IMG/VR virus record: IMGVR_UViG_3300037851_000117
Span: 1-32,179 of that record
Origin: a virus
Taxonomy: Duplodnaviria > Caudoviricetes
Direction: 5' to 3' (one strand)
DNA: 32,179 nucleotides
Below are positions 16,487 to 25,453 of the stretch, one piece after another (the first letter of the stretch is position 1; each line of letters begins with the position of its first letter). The notes beneath the pieces were generated by a model. That model was not told the origin of the DNA. It ran no database searches and saw nothing but the letters and a program-made list of their open reading frames with translations. The translations under genes and the position numbers were made by a program.

Positions 16487-18036
16487 TAGTAGTAGACCTT
16501 GAACGAGTCCACCAGCACATCAGCGAGGGTGATGTTATTGCTCAGGTCGCCCTGATACAACCAGAGGTCATTCGTGGCGGTGCGGGTGGCCGACCAGCTG
16601 ACCCATGAGGTCGTGAGCAGCGTCGAAGAATCCGCCGCGTCTTTGACGACGAGTCGCCATTGGGTGGCGGTCGTCTCAAGGTAGATGTTGATGTAGGTAT
16701 CGAGCGCGAGGTCGAGGTCGGTCTGCCCCGATGACACGTACGCGCTCGTGGCCGTGTCCCACCGCTGGATTGCGTTGGCGTTGTCGTAGTAGATGATGGA
16801 CAGGTTGGTGTTTGCGACATCGTAGCGCACCTGGATGAGCGTCATGCCGAGGATGTTGCTGGATGAGTCAACGGCAGGTGCGCCCGACTTGTGCATGAGG
16901 CTCAAGAACACGGGGTAGCCGACACTGCCTGAGAGCGTGGCAATCTTGGCTTTCGTCTTGACGTCCCAGCCGTCAAAGGTGGGGCTCTCAAGCAGATATG
17001 CAGCAGCAGCGGCAGAAGAGTCGCCGCTCGACAGTAGACGCAATTGCCCCGACCCGTTGAGTGCAGCAGAGGCCGTACCGCTGCCGTTCTCCACAACCGT
17101 GCCGAAGTAGGTTGCGTTCGGTGCTGTCCCGACCGTACCCGTGAATGGTTCGTCGAACTGGCTCATGGTGCCTACGGGTACCGCGCTCGGCTCGTTGCTG
17201 CCAGAAGAAGCGTTGCCCGCCGCGTCCACCGCTACGACCTGTACGATGTAGGTGACAAACGGGTCTAGTCCGCTGATGGTACGGTTCGCTTCACTGATGG
17301 ACGCGAACGTGCCGTATGCGGAGGATGCGATATCGGTGTAGCTGCCGTAGCTGCCGCCCGAGACTTTGATGCGGTACTGCCACTTCACGACGCCCACGTT
17401 GTCGGAGGCGGTGATAGCGCCGCCGAGGACTATCTGTCCGACCCCTGCGGTGGCGGTGAGGGTGCCGGAGAGTGTGGGAGCGGAACCAGCGCCGAACGAG
17501 CCGGATGCCCCGAGCGCGTACTGCGCTTTGGAGAGCGTGGCGGGCTGGCGGATCTTCATCGGGATGTTGACCGGGCCGATGTCGGTGCCGAGTGCGGTCG
17601 CCACGTCGAGCGGTGAGTCGGTGGAGTCGTAGACCGTAGTGCCGCCGTCGAAGCTCACCTCGAAACCGGCCGGGATGGTGAGTGTCGGGTCGGAGGTCTC
17701 CTCGGTGGTGACGGTGCCCCTGATGTGGACATCCACCCACGCACTCGTCGTGAACGCGAGGGGGTTGGTGCGCTCGGAGACGACCGTACCCGAGGCGTGT
17801 GTCGCCGTGAGGTTCGCCGTGAGCGTCACGTTGTTGCCGTCCACGGAGAGCACCGTGACGATCTCTGTGGCGGTGTCGAGGATGTAGAGCGTGTCGGACG
17901 CGCTGATGCCGGCCGCTGATGCGACGACGATGACGGCCTGGCCCGACGCGGCCTCGGCGGTGAGGGTCGTGCCCTCGGACACCGCCGTGCCGTCCCGAGC
18001 CCCGGTCGTGCCGCCGGTGACGATGGCGAAGGCCAT
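16486..18036 (-). CDS. FN3-domain virion protein, likely with C-terminal lectin-like domain
   Basis: ASDNVGVVKWQYRI...ISGLDPFVTYIVQVVAVDAAGNAS is an FN3 signature. Thr/Ser/Gly-rich. Confidence 0.7.
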   Translation of the reverse strand: MAFAIVTGGTTGARDGTAVSEGTTLTAEAASGQAVIVVASAAGISASDTLYILDTATEIVTVLSVDGNNVTLTANLTATHASGTVVSERTNPLAFTTSAWVDVHIRGTVTTEETSDPTLTIPAGFEVSFDGGTTVYDSTDSPLDVATALGTDIGPVNIPMKIRQPATLSKAQYALGASGSFGAGSAPTLSGTLTATAGVGQIVLGGAITASDNVGVVKWQYRIKVSGGSYGSYTDIASSAYGTFASISEANRTISGLDPFVTYIVQVVAVDAAGNASSGSNEPSAVPVGTMSQFDEPFTGTVGTAPNATYFGTVVENGSGTASAALNGSGQLRLLSSGDSSAAAAAYLLESPTFDGWDVKTKAKIATLSGSVGYPVFLSLMHKSGAPAVDSSSNILGMTLIQVRYDVANTNLSIIYYDNANAIQRWDTATSAYVSSGQTDLDLALDTYINIYLETTATQWRLVVKDAADSSTLLTTSWVSWSATRTATNDLWLYQGDLSNNITLADVLVDSFKVYY

Positions 18037-18046
18037 GACGGGCTCC

Positions 18047-18424
18047 CTAGCTCGGCTGCGATATCTGGAACAGATCGGTCTCGGGGATGTCGACGGTGTT
18101 GCCCGCCGTGAGCACCTGCGAGGTGACCGTGGTCACGTAGAGCAGCTTTGTCTCGGACACGTCCACGAACGCGAGGTGCGCCGCAGTGCCCGAGGCATCG
18201 ACCGTCACGTCCGACTGCGCCGCGAAGGTACACATGCGGCCCGTGGTGGAGTAGGCCGCGAGTGTGAAGTCGTTCGTGTCCACGGTCACGTCCGCGAGCG
18301 CGTAGGTCGACGTGGCCTCCGCGTAGGTCGTCGGCTGCGTCGAACAGACGATCACCTTGTCGCAGTAGGTCTTGATGTAGCTCGGCCCGCCGTCCAGTGT
18401 GTCAGCGTGCGCCCATTTAGCCAT
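18047..18424 (-). CDS. Small beta-rich virion protein
   Basis: 125 aa, AAGGAG RBS, heads the fibre gene block. Confidence 0.7.
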   Translation of the reverse strand: MAKWAHADTLDGGPSYIKTYCDKVIVCSTQPTTYAEATSTYALADVTVDTNDFTLAAYSTTGRMCTFAAQSDVTVDASGTAAHLAFVDVSETKLLYVTTVTSQVLTAGNTVDIPETDLFQISQPS

Positions 18425-18442
18425 GCGTCATTCTCCTTCTCA

Positions 18443-18775
18443 TCAGACGGCGTCCAGATAGTCGCGGTCTCCCAGTACCAACACGCCCACCCTGCCGTCG
18501 CTCCGCCCCGCGACGTCTCTCAGAAAGGTGAGCCGCTTGTTCGGGTTGGAGTGGTGCGCCATGTGGCACTCGTGGCAGAGCGGTACGTTGTTGCCGAGGT
18601 CGTCGGGGTCCCCGCCTTGCGATCGGGGAACGATGTCGTGGTAGTCGATCATCGAGGGATAGGTGAGCTTCACGAGCCCCATGTCGTCACGGAAGACGCG
18701 GGAATGGTACGGACCCCCGAAGGAAGCCCCGCACCAGGGGAGCGAGCAGTACGACTGTCCGGCGACGTGTCTCAT
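18443..18775 (-). CDS. HNH endonuclease
   Basis: CSLPWC...YHDIVPRSQGGDPDDLGNNVPLCHECHMAHH. Confidence 0.8.
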   Translation of the reverse strand: MRHVAGQSYCSLPWCGASFGGPYHSRVFRDDMGLVKLTYPSMIDYHDIVPRSQGGDPDDLGNNVPLCHECHMAHHSNPNKRLTFLRDVAGRSDGRVGVLVLGDRDYLDAV

Positions 18776-18781
18776 GCCCCG

Positions 18782-18800
18782 ATAGTGGGGGGCGTGTCAC
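18782..18800 (-). promoter_or_regulatory. Putative late promoter motif GTGAC-N9-ACTAT, leaderless to HNH
   Basis: ATG lies 6 nt after the motif, with no RBS. Confidence 0.6.
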
Positions 18801-18807
18801 CGGAGTG

Positions 18808-18845
18808 TCCGAGGGCCGGACCCTCACGGGAGTCCGGCCCTCGGA
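18808..18845 (-). terminator. Hairpin after the capsid operon
   Basis: Perfect 14-bp inverted repeat tccgagggccggac / gtccggccctcgga. Confidence 0.7.
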
Positions 18846-18865
18846 TGGAACCCTCAGTGGCGCGA

Positions 18866-19045
18866 CTACTGCTTGACGGCCTTCTCGCCCTTCGGCTTGA
18901 CGGCCCGTTCCGCCTTGGCGGGGACCACTACCGCGATGCCCTCGGCGATGAGGCGCTTGGCGGTCTCTTCGTCGGTCTCCGCCTGGGTACCGGCGTCGAC
19001 GTGGCGGTACGGTGTGTCCTCGGTCTTGAGCCAGCGGATCAACAT
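18866..19045 (-). CDS. Small protein following the major capsid gene
   Basis: MLIRWLK...DEETAKRLIAEGIAV, AAGGAG RBS. Common post-capsid small ORF type. Confidence 0.75.
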   Translation of the reverse strand: MLIRWLKTEDTPYRHVDAGTQAETDEETAKRLIAEGIAVVVPAKAERAVKPKGEKAVKQ

Positions 19046-19055
19046 GTGGGTCTCC

Positions 19056-20213
19056 TTACGCGTGGATCGTGCAGACGAAGAAGGCACTCGCGTTGAGCGG
19101 CTTCATGTCGATGCGCTGCGCGAACGCGAAGGTGTCCTGATACTCGGAGAGCTGGAGCCTCTTGACCTTCATGGGGCCTCTCTCGCCGATGACGTACTGG
19201 TTCGGGTTGCCGAACGCGATCGCCTTGGCGCCGTTGGCCTTGTCTGCGATGGCCGAGGCCAGCTTGACCTTGTAGCCGACGAGCGTCGGGTTCTGGCCGT
19301 CGAGCAGCGTCGGCCATGCGTACGGAGTAGTGCCGGACGTGGAGACGTCGACCTTCTTGGTGGCGAGATAGAACGCCGTGGTGTTGTCCATCATCCAGAC
19401 GGCACCATCGCGGTACTCGGGCGCCAGGCCGTAGACGATCTCGATGACCTCGTCGTTGGTGATAACGCCCTGCGTGTCGGTCGTGAGGTCGGTCGTCTTG
19501 TTGAAGATGCCCGTCGGCTGCGAGGAGCCGGTGCCGGTCATGCCGTAGGACAGCTCGGCCGCGCCGAAGCTGTAGCCCATGCTCTTAGCGAGCAGGCCCT
19601 CGACATCGTAGGACGCGTCCTCGAGAAGCTCCTCGGAGACGAGCGCCTTGTCGGTCAGCTTGTAGGCATAGAGGATGACCGGGCTGACGGTCGGCTCGGA
19701 GTTCGTGTAGGCGGTGTTCTCGCCGACGATGGCGGCGGTGCCGTTGGCAGTCAGCACGGGGATATTGTGCGTCGATGTGGTCTTGATGACTTGGGCGCCT
19801 TCGGAGCGCAGCCAGTTCGCCTCGAACCTGTATTCCTCGACCTTGTCGTGCCACTCCTGCGGAACGAGGTAGCTACCCGAGCCGGAGCCCGCCGCGAGTG
19901 CGCGCTTATCGGAGAAAAGCGCGAGCTCCTCGCCGGGGGTCATGGCGCGCAGACGATCACGGAAGTCGAACATGGCCTTGCGCTTGTCGCCGGTGTCCGT
20001 CACGGGGACAGCGGTCTCGGCGGCCTGGCGGAGGGCCTCGACCTCTGCGACGTGGAGGTCGTTGGCGACCTTGCGGAGAGCGTTGATCTCGCCCTCTGCG
20101 GTGAGCAGGAACGCCTTGTCGTCAGCCGAGGGTTCGGCCTTCTCGATGATGGCGCGCTGTTCTGCGGCGATCGCGTCGATCTCCGCCATGGTGGACTCGT
20201 AGGTTCGTTTCAT
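19056..20213 (-). CDS. Major capsid protein, HK97 family
   Basis: N-terminal coiled-coil delta domain, GSYLVPQE, VSEELLEDAS, GTGSSQPTGI, AVWMMD, IAFGN. Confidence 0.95.
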   Translation of the reverse strand: MKRTYESTMAEIDAIAAEQRAIIEKAEPSADDKAFLLTAEGEINALRKVANDLHVAEVEALRQAAETAVPVTDTGDKRKAMFDFRDRLRAMTPGEELALFSDKRALAAGSGSGSYLVPQEWHDKVEEYRFEANWLRSEGAQVIKTTSTHNIPVLTANGTAAIVGENTAYTNSEPTVSPVILYAYKLTDKALVSEELLEDASYDVEGLLAKSMGYSFGAAELSYGMTGTGSSQPTGIFNKTTDLTTDTQGVITNDEVIEIVYGLAPEYRDGAVWMMDNTTAFYLATKKVDVSTSGTTPYAWPTLLDGQNPTLVGYKVKLASAIADKANGAKAIAFGNPNQYVIGERGPMKVKRLQLSEYQDTFAFAQRIDMKPLNASAFFVCTIHA

Positions 20214-20215
20214 AG

Positions 20216-20857
20216 CTAACCCTCCTTGTGGGGTCGGTAGAGCTTGCCGCGTGCGAGTTCATAGCGGACCGAGTCGCCCGAGCCGGGCTCCTCGACCTCC
20301 GGCGCGCCGCCGTCGGTCGTGTCCTCGAGAGGGATGATGGGGGCCTGGTCACTCTTGGCCCGGATCTCGGCGCACTTGTCGCGGGCCGAGGCGGAAGTCT
20401 GCGGATAGGCTGGCATCGAGACGATGGAGAGCTCGTCGACCTCCATGTCGAGGATGGTGCGCTCGATCTGGCCGTCGGTACCGATCTCCCACAGGTCGTC
20501 ATTGACCCGGAGCCGGAAGCTCATGTGCTTGATGTCGCCGCGATCCATGCTCACGAGCAGGTCGTTGGCCCATGAAGTGTCCGGCGGATAGGCGCGCATC
20601 ACGACACCGGCGCCGTCGTCTTTGGCCTCCAGCGTCCCTGCGCTCGTGCGCCCGAGCACCATGCTCGAGTCGTGGTCGAACAGCGCCAACAGGTCGTTGG
20701 CGAGCTTCGCGCTGCCCTTTGCGAGCTTCTCGCGGAAGCCGCCGAGGTCCTCGCTCCAGACGTTGTAGACGATGGCGCGGCCCTCGATGACACGGCCGGT
20801 CTCGTCGGTGAGAGCCCGGACCTCGACCGGGATAGTGCGGACTTCGTATTCGCTCAT
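20216..20857 (-). CDS. HK97-family prohead protease
   Basis: IEGRAIVYN, GGFRE, LFDHD...VLGRT, MSFR, ELSIVSMPAYPQT. Confidence 0.92.
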   Translation of the reverse strand: MSEYEVRTIPVEVRALTDETGRVIEGRAIVYNVWSEDLGGFREKLAKGSAKLANDLLALFDHDSSMVLGRTSAGTLEAKDDGAGVVMRAYPPDTSWANDLLVSMDRGDIKHMSFRLRVNDDLWEIGTDGQIERTILDMEVDELSIVSMPAYPQTSASARDKCAEIRAKSDQAPIIPLEDTTDGGAPEVEEPGSGDSVRYELARGKLYRPHKEG

Positions 20858-20860
20858 GGT

Positions 20861-21469
20861 TTAAGCTCCTTCTTCCTCGTACCAGAACAGGTCATATCCG
20901 CACACGACGTCGCCTGTGGCGGTCTCCGTGAGCGTGAGGACGTAGACGGTGGCCTGGTCAAGCACCAGCTCCTCGGCCGCCTCGGTGGACGCACCGACCT
21001 TCTGACTGCCCGAGGTGGCCCCCGGGATGAACAGCGTGTTGATGACGGTGCCGCCCGAGGGGGTCACGCCGGTCTTGCACGCGACCGTCGAGGAGTCCGG
21101 CGAAGAGATAACGCGGTTGCGGTTCCTCGGGGTGGCGTCCGACCCTCCCGTGAACGTCGGGCCTTCGAGCAGCGTCACGACCACAGGCCCGCCCGCTGCG
21201 GAGATGCCTGCGGGCTTGAAGTGGATGTAGCCCGTGGCGGGAGTCGTGAAGCTAAGACTCCACGAACCCGACACCGTGGCCGTGCCGGAGAGCGTGTAGG
21301 CGATGCCTTCGTGGATGAAGGCGTGGTCGGTGGTGATTACCGGGAAGCCGTTCGTCACGGCCTCGCGGTAGAGCGGCCCGATGTCGGTCGCGTCGCGCAG
21401 GCTCGGCGCGAAAAGCGAGGGGTTCACGTTGACACGCAGGTTGTCCGCTGTGTCCATGATGTCAGTCAC
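20861..21469 (-). CDS. Hypothetical beta-rich protein between portal and protease
   Basis: 202 aa, GTG start with AAGGAG RBS, ends FWYEEEGA. Confidence 0.7.
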   Translation of the reverse strand: MTDIMDTADNLRVNVNPSLFAPSLRDATDIGPLYREAVTNGFPVITTDHAFIHEGIAYTLSGTATVSGSWSLSFTTPATGYIHFKPAGISAAGGPVVVTLLEGPTFTGGSDATPRNRNRVISSPDSSTVACKTGVTPSGGTVINTLFIPGATSGSQKVGASTEAAEELVLDQATVYVLTLTETATGDVVCGYDLFWYEEEGA

Positions 21470-22835
21470 GTAGGCACTCCTTCATGAAGGTTTCAGCATC
21501 GGGGATGATGCCAGCGGAGACGAGCGGGGCCGCGACTCTCGCGGCGAAGGAGGCGGTCGCCTCGGGATCGCGTCCCCGCTCGACATCCTGGTCTCGGCGG
21601 GATCGGATGCGTTCGCGGGCATCTTCGACCAGGGGAGCCGCGTCGACCTGGCCGTCGCCGACCGAGCCCATGTTCAACGGCCGCAAGTACTCCTCGCCGC
21701 CCTCGTAGGGGTTGCGCTCCTCGAGCTGACGCGCTTCGTTGGCGTTGAGGATGCCGTTCAAGATCGCGATCTGATGGCCTTCCATGCGCGTCTTGTAGTC
21801 GCCGCGCAGAAGGCCGTCGAGCTCGAACTTCGCGTAGTGGTCGAACTCGTTGCGGTTGGAGAAGAGCCGGTCGAGCACGCGCTCGGTGTTGACCGCGATG
21901 GGCAGGATGGTGTGCTTGGCGAACCACATGTCCGCCTGCTCGGAGTTCGTGTAGGTGCTCCGGCTCCAGTCCTGAACGAGCGGCGGCGGGACTCTGAACA
22001 CGCGGCAGACGGCCTGGAGGTAGGCGAGCTGCTGCGATGTCAGGTCGGCTTCGACGACCGACATCTTGTTCTGCTGGTACTTGAGGCCACGGTCGAAGAT
22101 GCGCATCTCGCCCGTGTGGTCGACACCGGAAAGCGCTGCGATGTTCTCCGCGATGGCCTTGATGTCCTCGGGTTTGAGTACTCCGTCGGTCTCGAGGTGG
22201 CCGGGGAAGTGGTTCCCCTTGCCGAGCAGCCGCTCATAGAAGCGCTCCGCCTGGATCGTGAGCCCTATCGCGGTGGCGGCCTGGTCGACGAGCGAGGTGC
22301 CGGTCCATGCGTCTTTGACGAGCGGCCCCTTGAAGTGCAGCACGTCATTGGCGGCGTAGACGTTCTTGGGCGTCATCGCGTCGCCCTCGTACTCGTAGAC
22401 GACCGTGCCCGCTGTGGCGTCCCATTTCGGGACGCACCCCTTCGCGGTCATCGGCCAGAAGTTGACGGGCTTGGCGAGTCTGCGCTCCACGCGGACGAAC
22501 GCCTGGCCCCTGATGTCTTCCGTGAGCTGCTTCCACCGCCAGCCCTCGACCGACGTCATCATCGGGTTCCACGCACGCGACATGAGCGGCGAGAGCGGGT
22601 GATCGGCCACCCGGTCACGGACGGTGCCGTCCGAGCGGTAGACGTGGACAGGCAGCGATGCGAACGTCTCGGCGCGGACGATGAGACACGCTATGACCGC
22701 GGTGGACTTCACCGCGGACTCCTGTGTCACGTTGAACAGATTGCCGAACGAGCGATACCCGAAGGCGATGTCGATGAGCGCATCTTCGGATAGCCCGCGT
22801 GTCTCGCGCCTCTTGCGCCACGGGTTGAGATTCAT
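21462..22835 (-). CDS. Portal protein, HK97 family
   Basis: AVIAC...ASLPVHVY, DVLHFK, VCRVFRVPP, LLRGDYKTR, NEARQLE. Confidence 0.95.
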   Translation of the reverse strand: MNLNPWRKRRETRGLSEDALIDIAFGYRSFGNLFNVTQESAVKSTAVIACLIVRAETFASLPVHVYRSDGTVRDRVADHPLSPLMSRAWNPMMTSVEGWRWKQLTEDIRGQAFVRVERRLAKPVNFWPMTAKGCVPKWDATAGTVVYEYEGDAMTPKNVYAANDVLHFKGPLVKDAWTGTSLVDQAATAIGLTIQAERFYERLLGKGNHFPGHLETDGVLKPEDIKAIAENIAALSGVDHTGEMRIFDRGLKYQQNKMSVVEADLTSQQLAYLQAVCRVFRVPPPLVQDWSRSTYTNSEQADMWFAKHTILPIAVNTERVLDRLFSNRNEFDHYAKFELDGLLRGDYKTRMEGHQIAILNGILNANEARQLEERNPYEGGEEYLRPLNMGSVGDGQVDAAPLVEDARERIRSRRDQDVERGRDPEATASFAARVAAPLVSAGIIPDAETFMKECLRD

Positions 22836-22868
22836 TCACGGGACCTTCCTCGAGGATGTCCTGTGTGA

Positions 22869-22887
22869 ATCGTGGCGGGGCTGTCAC
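22869..22887 (-). promoter_or_regulatory. Putative late promoter motif GTGAC-N9-ACGAT (before portal)
   Basis: Starts immediately after the terL stop. Confidence 0.6.
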
Positions 22888-24351
22888 CTAAAGCTGGATG
22901 GAATAGATGCCTGTTTCTGCGAAGGACGGCACCTCGTCGGTGGTCTCGAGCAGGAAGGCGGCCATCGCCATAGCGATGGGGATGTCGATCTTCTCCTCGC
23001 GGGTGGACTTGCTGATGCGCCAGCCCTGCGGGTCACGTGGCGCCTCGATCGCGTTGAGTACCTGCTCTTCGACGACCCGCGCTGCACCGGCGCGCACCGT
23101 CCCTGCACGGATGTGCTCGCGCAATATCGCGGCGGCGGGGCACATGAGCGCGTTGGTCTGCGCGAAGGTCTCTACTGGGATGGAGTGCTCGCGCTCGAGG
23201 CGTTGGGCGAGAAGCAACAGGCGGTTCGGGTCCAGCGCGAGTCGGTCGATGCTGCGGGTGTTCCACAGCCCGACGATGAACTGCTCGATCTCGTAAAGGT
23301 CGTAGAACCCCCGCTGCGGGTCGGGTTCCGTGAACGGATAGACCTCCATGTGGATGTCCTCGCCGTCCTTACCCGCCACGACGATGGCGAACGTGTCGGC
23401 CTTGTTCGCGCCGTCGATGGTGAGCACCGAGCGTCTGTCCGGGTCCACGACCGGCTCGCGTTTGCACTTCTGCCAGTCCTCCCACGTGAAGGCGCGTTCG
23501 GCGTCCGAGTGCGTCGGGAAGCGGTTGAGGTGATACCGCTCGAACGCGTGCAGCGGCAGCTTCTCGTACTGCTGCCTGAGCATGTCGTCGGTGATCCACG
23601 AGGCGGGGTTACACCGCCTCCAGACGTCGGGGTCGGCAGGGTCGTCGGAGTCTTTGGCGCCGATCCAATAGACGTAGGTGCCTTCCTGCTTGGCCCAGGG
23701 GATGCGGCCCTCCTCGATGTTGCCCTGGAGCATGTCCCACAGCACCCCGACGCGCTTCTTGCCTGCGGTCGTGATGGCGACGAGAAGCGGGTTGTCCCGG
23801 GCCACCATGCCGGACTGCATGGCTTCGATGAGGTCGTGGTTCTTGTGGACGTGTACCTCGTCCACGGCGGCGAAGCTCGGATGGAATCCCTGTGCAGAGT
23901 CGGCGTCGGCGGGCATGGCCTTGAACACGCAGCCCGTCTCCTTGACCCATATCTCGCGCTTAAAGATGTCGCACGCCGCCTCGAGCCGCGGGTTGGCCTG
24001 GATCATGCGCTTGACGGTGTTGAACACGATGCCGGCCTGCCGCTCATTGGATGCAACGACGTACGCTTCGCCCTCCTGCACCCGCTCGACGAATAGGTGG
24101 TACATCACCATGAGCGCGAGGATCTCGGACTTGCCCTCGTATCTCGGTAGGCCGATGAGCGCCTGTGTGTGCTTGCGCTTGCCGCGCCTGTCGACGTTGC
24201 CGTAGATGGGAAGGATGATGTGCTCCCACTGCCACGGCTCGAGGATGAAGGGCTCGCCCGCCCACCGGTCTTTCTTGTGGACGACGAACCCCGCCGCGAA
24301 CGCCTTGACCTTTTCGGCGGCACGTATCCCGGTATTGGTATACCGGGGCAT
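22888..24351 (-). CDS. terL: Terminase large subunit
   Basis: LEPWQ, Walker A-like PRYEGKS, QAGIVF, Walker B AAVDEVH, ITTAG, C-terminal KIDIPIAMAMA. Confidence 0.93.
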   Translation of the reverse strand: MPRYTNTGIRAAEKVKAFAAGFVVHKKDRWAGEPFILEPWQWEHIILPIYGNVDRRGKRKHTQALIGLPRYEGKSEILALMVMYHLFVERVQEGEAYVVASNERQAGIVFNTVKRMIQANPRLEAACDIFKREIWVKETGCVFKAMPADADSAQGFHPSFAAVDEVHVHKNHDLIEAMQSGMVARDNPLLVAITTAGKKRVGVLWDMLQGNIEEGRIPWAKQEGTYVYWIGAKDSDDPADPDVWRRCNPASWITDDMLRQQYEKLPLHAFERYHLNRFPTHSDAERAFTWEDWQKCKREPVVDPDRRSVLTIDGANKADTFAIVVAGKDGEDIHMEVYPFTEPDPQRGFYDLYEIEQFIVGLWNTRSIDRLALDPNRLLLLAQRLEREHSIPVETFAQTNALMCPAAAILREHIRAGTVRAGAARVVEEQVLNAIEAPRDPQGWRISKSTREEKIDIPIAMAMAAFLLETTDEVPSFAETGIYSIQL

Positions 24352-24837
24352 TCAGACCTTCACCCGGATTTCGAGCTCTTTGTCGATGCCCTCGAGGATG
24401 GACTGCCCTGCCAGGGTGATGAGGCCGAGCCGGAGCCTTGCCACAGGTGTGAGCCCGAGCGTCTCGGCGAGGCGGAGGTAGCTCGCTGCCATGTCTTTCT
24501 CAACGCGCAGCATGGGGTTGACCATCGGGCCGTTCTTGCCTTTCACGAGCGGCCCGTACTGGTCGATCTGCGCACGGGCCTGGCGGTGCCGATATGCCGC
24601 AGAGACGAGCATCTCGACCAAAGGGAGGTCGCTCTCGTGCAGCGTGCGGAGAGACGCCAGCTCCTCGACCGCGACCCGCCACATGTCGTGAGCCTCTGGC
24701 GCCAGGTCCGCGGGCGGATCGGCGAAGCACGCGATGGGCGCGGACGACGCGACAGCGATCGCGGTCTCGCTCGGCTTGGGACGATGGCCGGTGCCGCGCT
24801 TTTCGCGGGTCGGGTCTATGGGGCGGCCTTTAGCCAT
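24352..24837 (-). CDS. terS: Terminase small subunit, P27 family
   Basis: GRPIDPT..., PPADL, NPMLRV, LGLTPVARLRL. Confidence 0.9.
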   Translation of the reverse strand: MAKGRPIDPTREKRGTGHRPKPSETAIAVASSAPIACFADPPADLAPEAHDMWRVAVEELASLRTLHESDLPLVEMLVSAAYRHRQARAQIDQYGPLVKGKNGPMVNPMLRVEKDMAASYLRLAETLGLTPVARLRLGLITLAGQSILEGIDKELEIRVKV

Positions 24838-24976
24838 CCGAGAGGACCGCCTTCTTCCCGGTCAGGTTCTCCCACCGCTGCACGATGGCGTCGCAGTAGG
24901 CCGGCATGCCGTAGTGCTTTCTCGCGTTCTTCGGGTCGAACGAACAGCTGGAGAGCGGGACGGAGCGGACCTTCAT
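24830..24976 (-). pseudogene. Internally deleted ParB-like/DNA methyltransferase gene remnant (48 aa)
   Basis: MKVRSVPLSSCSFDPKNARKH joined to YGMPAYCDAIVQRWENLTGKKAVL, i.e. the N- and C-termini of phage ParB-MTase fusions. Confidence 0.7.
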
Positions 24977-25332
24977 TCGGATACCTCCGCGAAGTAGTTG
25001 ACGAGAGCGGTCGCTATCGCCTGGCCCATACCGGCACACCGCCATCGGAGTGGCGGTCGAGACTCGTGTCCGAGCCGCATGAACTCCGCGGCCACGGCTC
25101 GGGACTCCACGATCGCCGCGACTATACGGACGTCGGGGTCCGCGTGACGCCCGGCGAGGAGCTGCGAGTCGCCTTCGGCTGGAGCGAGGGGCGCGGGCAT
25201 CGGCTCGTACTGCCGCTGGCGGTTTCGGTACGCTGCATCTCGGCATCGGTCGTCGCAATAGAGGCGAGGCCGCCCACCCTTGCGCTTGGCGGGGGGGAGC
25301 GGCTCGTTGCATTGATAGCATCGGTTGGTCAT
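24973..25332 (-). CDS. Zinc-finger protein (CxxC...GRPRLYCxxxCR)
   Basis: CYQCNEPL...GGRPRLYCDDRCRDAAYR. Leaderless after a promoter motif. Confidence 0.7.
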   Translation of the reverse strand: MTNRCYQCNEPLPPAKRKGGRPRLYCDDRCRDAAYRNRQRQYEPMPAPLAPAEGDSQLLAGRHADPDVRIVAAIVESRAVAAEFMRLGHESRPPLRWRCAGMGQAIATALVNYFAEVSE

Positions 25333-25338
25333 GCGGCT

Positions 25339-25357
25339 ATCATCGGCAACGCGTCAC
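25339..25357 (-). promoter_or_regulatory. Putative late promoter motif GTGAC-N9-ATGAT, leaderless
   Basis: ATG lies 6 nt after the motif. Heads the terminase operon. Confidence 0.6.
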
Positions 25358-25359
25358 CG

Positions 25360-25453
25360 TGAGGCTATCGAATCCGTACTTTCGGGCGGAGACGTGCGGC
25401 AGGGGACGGCAAGGTCACCCTGTTTCGACGCTCGTGATTGACCCCGCCCCCGT
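25360..25453. other. Candidate cos/packaging initiation region
   Basis: Non-coding gap between the HNH and the terminase operon, containing GGGGGCGGGGTCAA (minus). Position is typical for HNH/P27-terS cos phages. Exact site not determinable. Confidence 0.35.

Noticed and set aside
22973-22992. Possible self-target of the gapped NN code within terL
   Set aside because: Only 4 of 7 dinucleotides match, which is explained by periodic Ile/Met codons. My search was by eye and not exhaustive.
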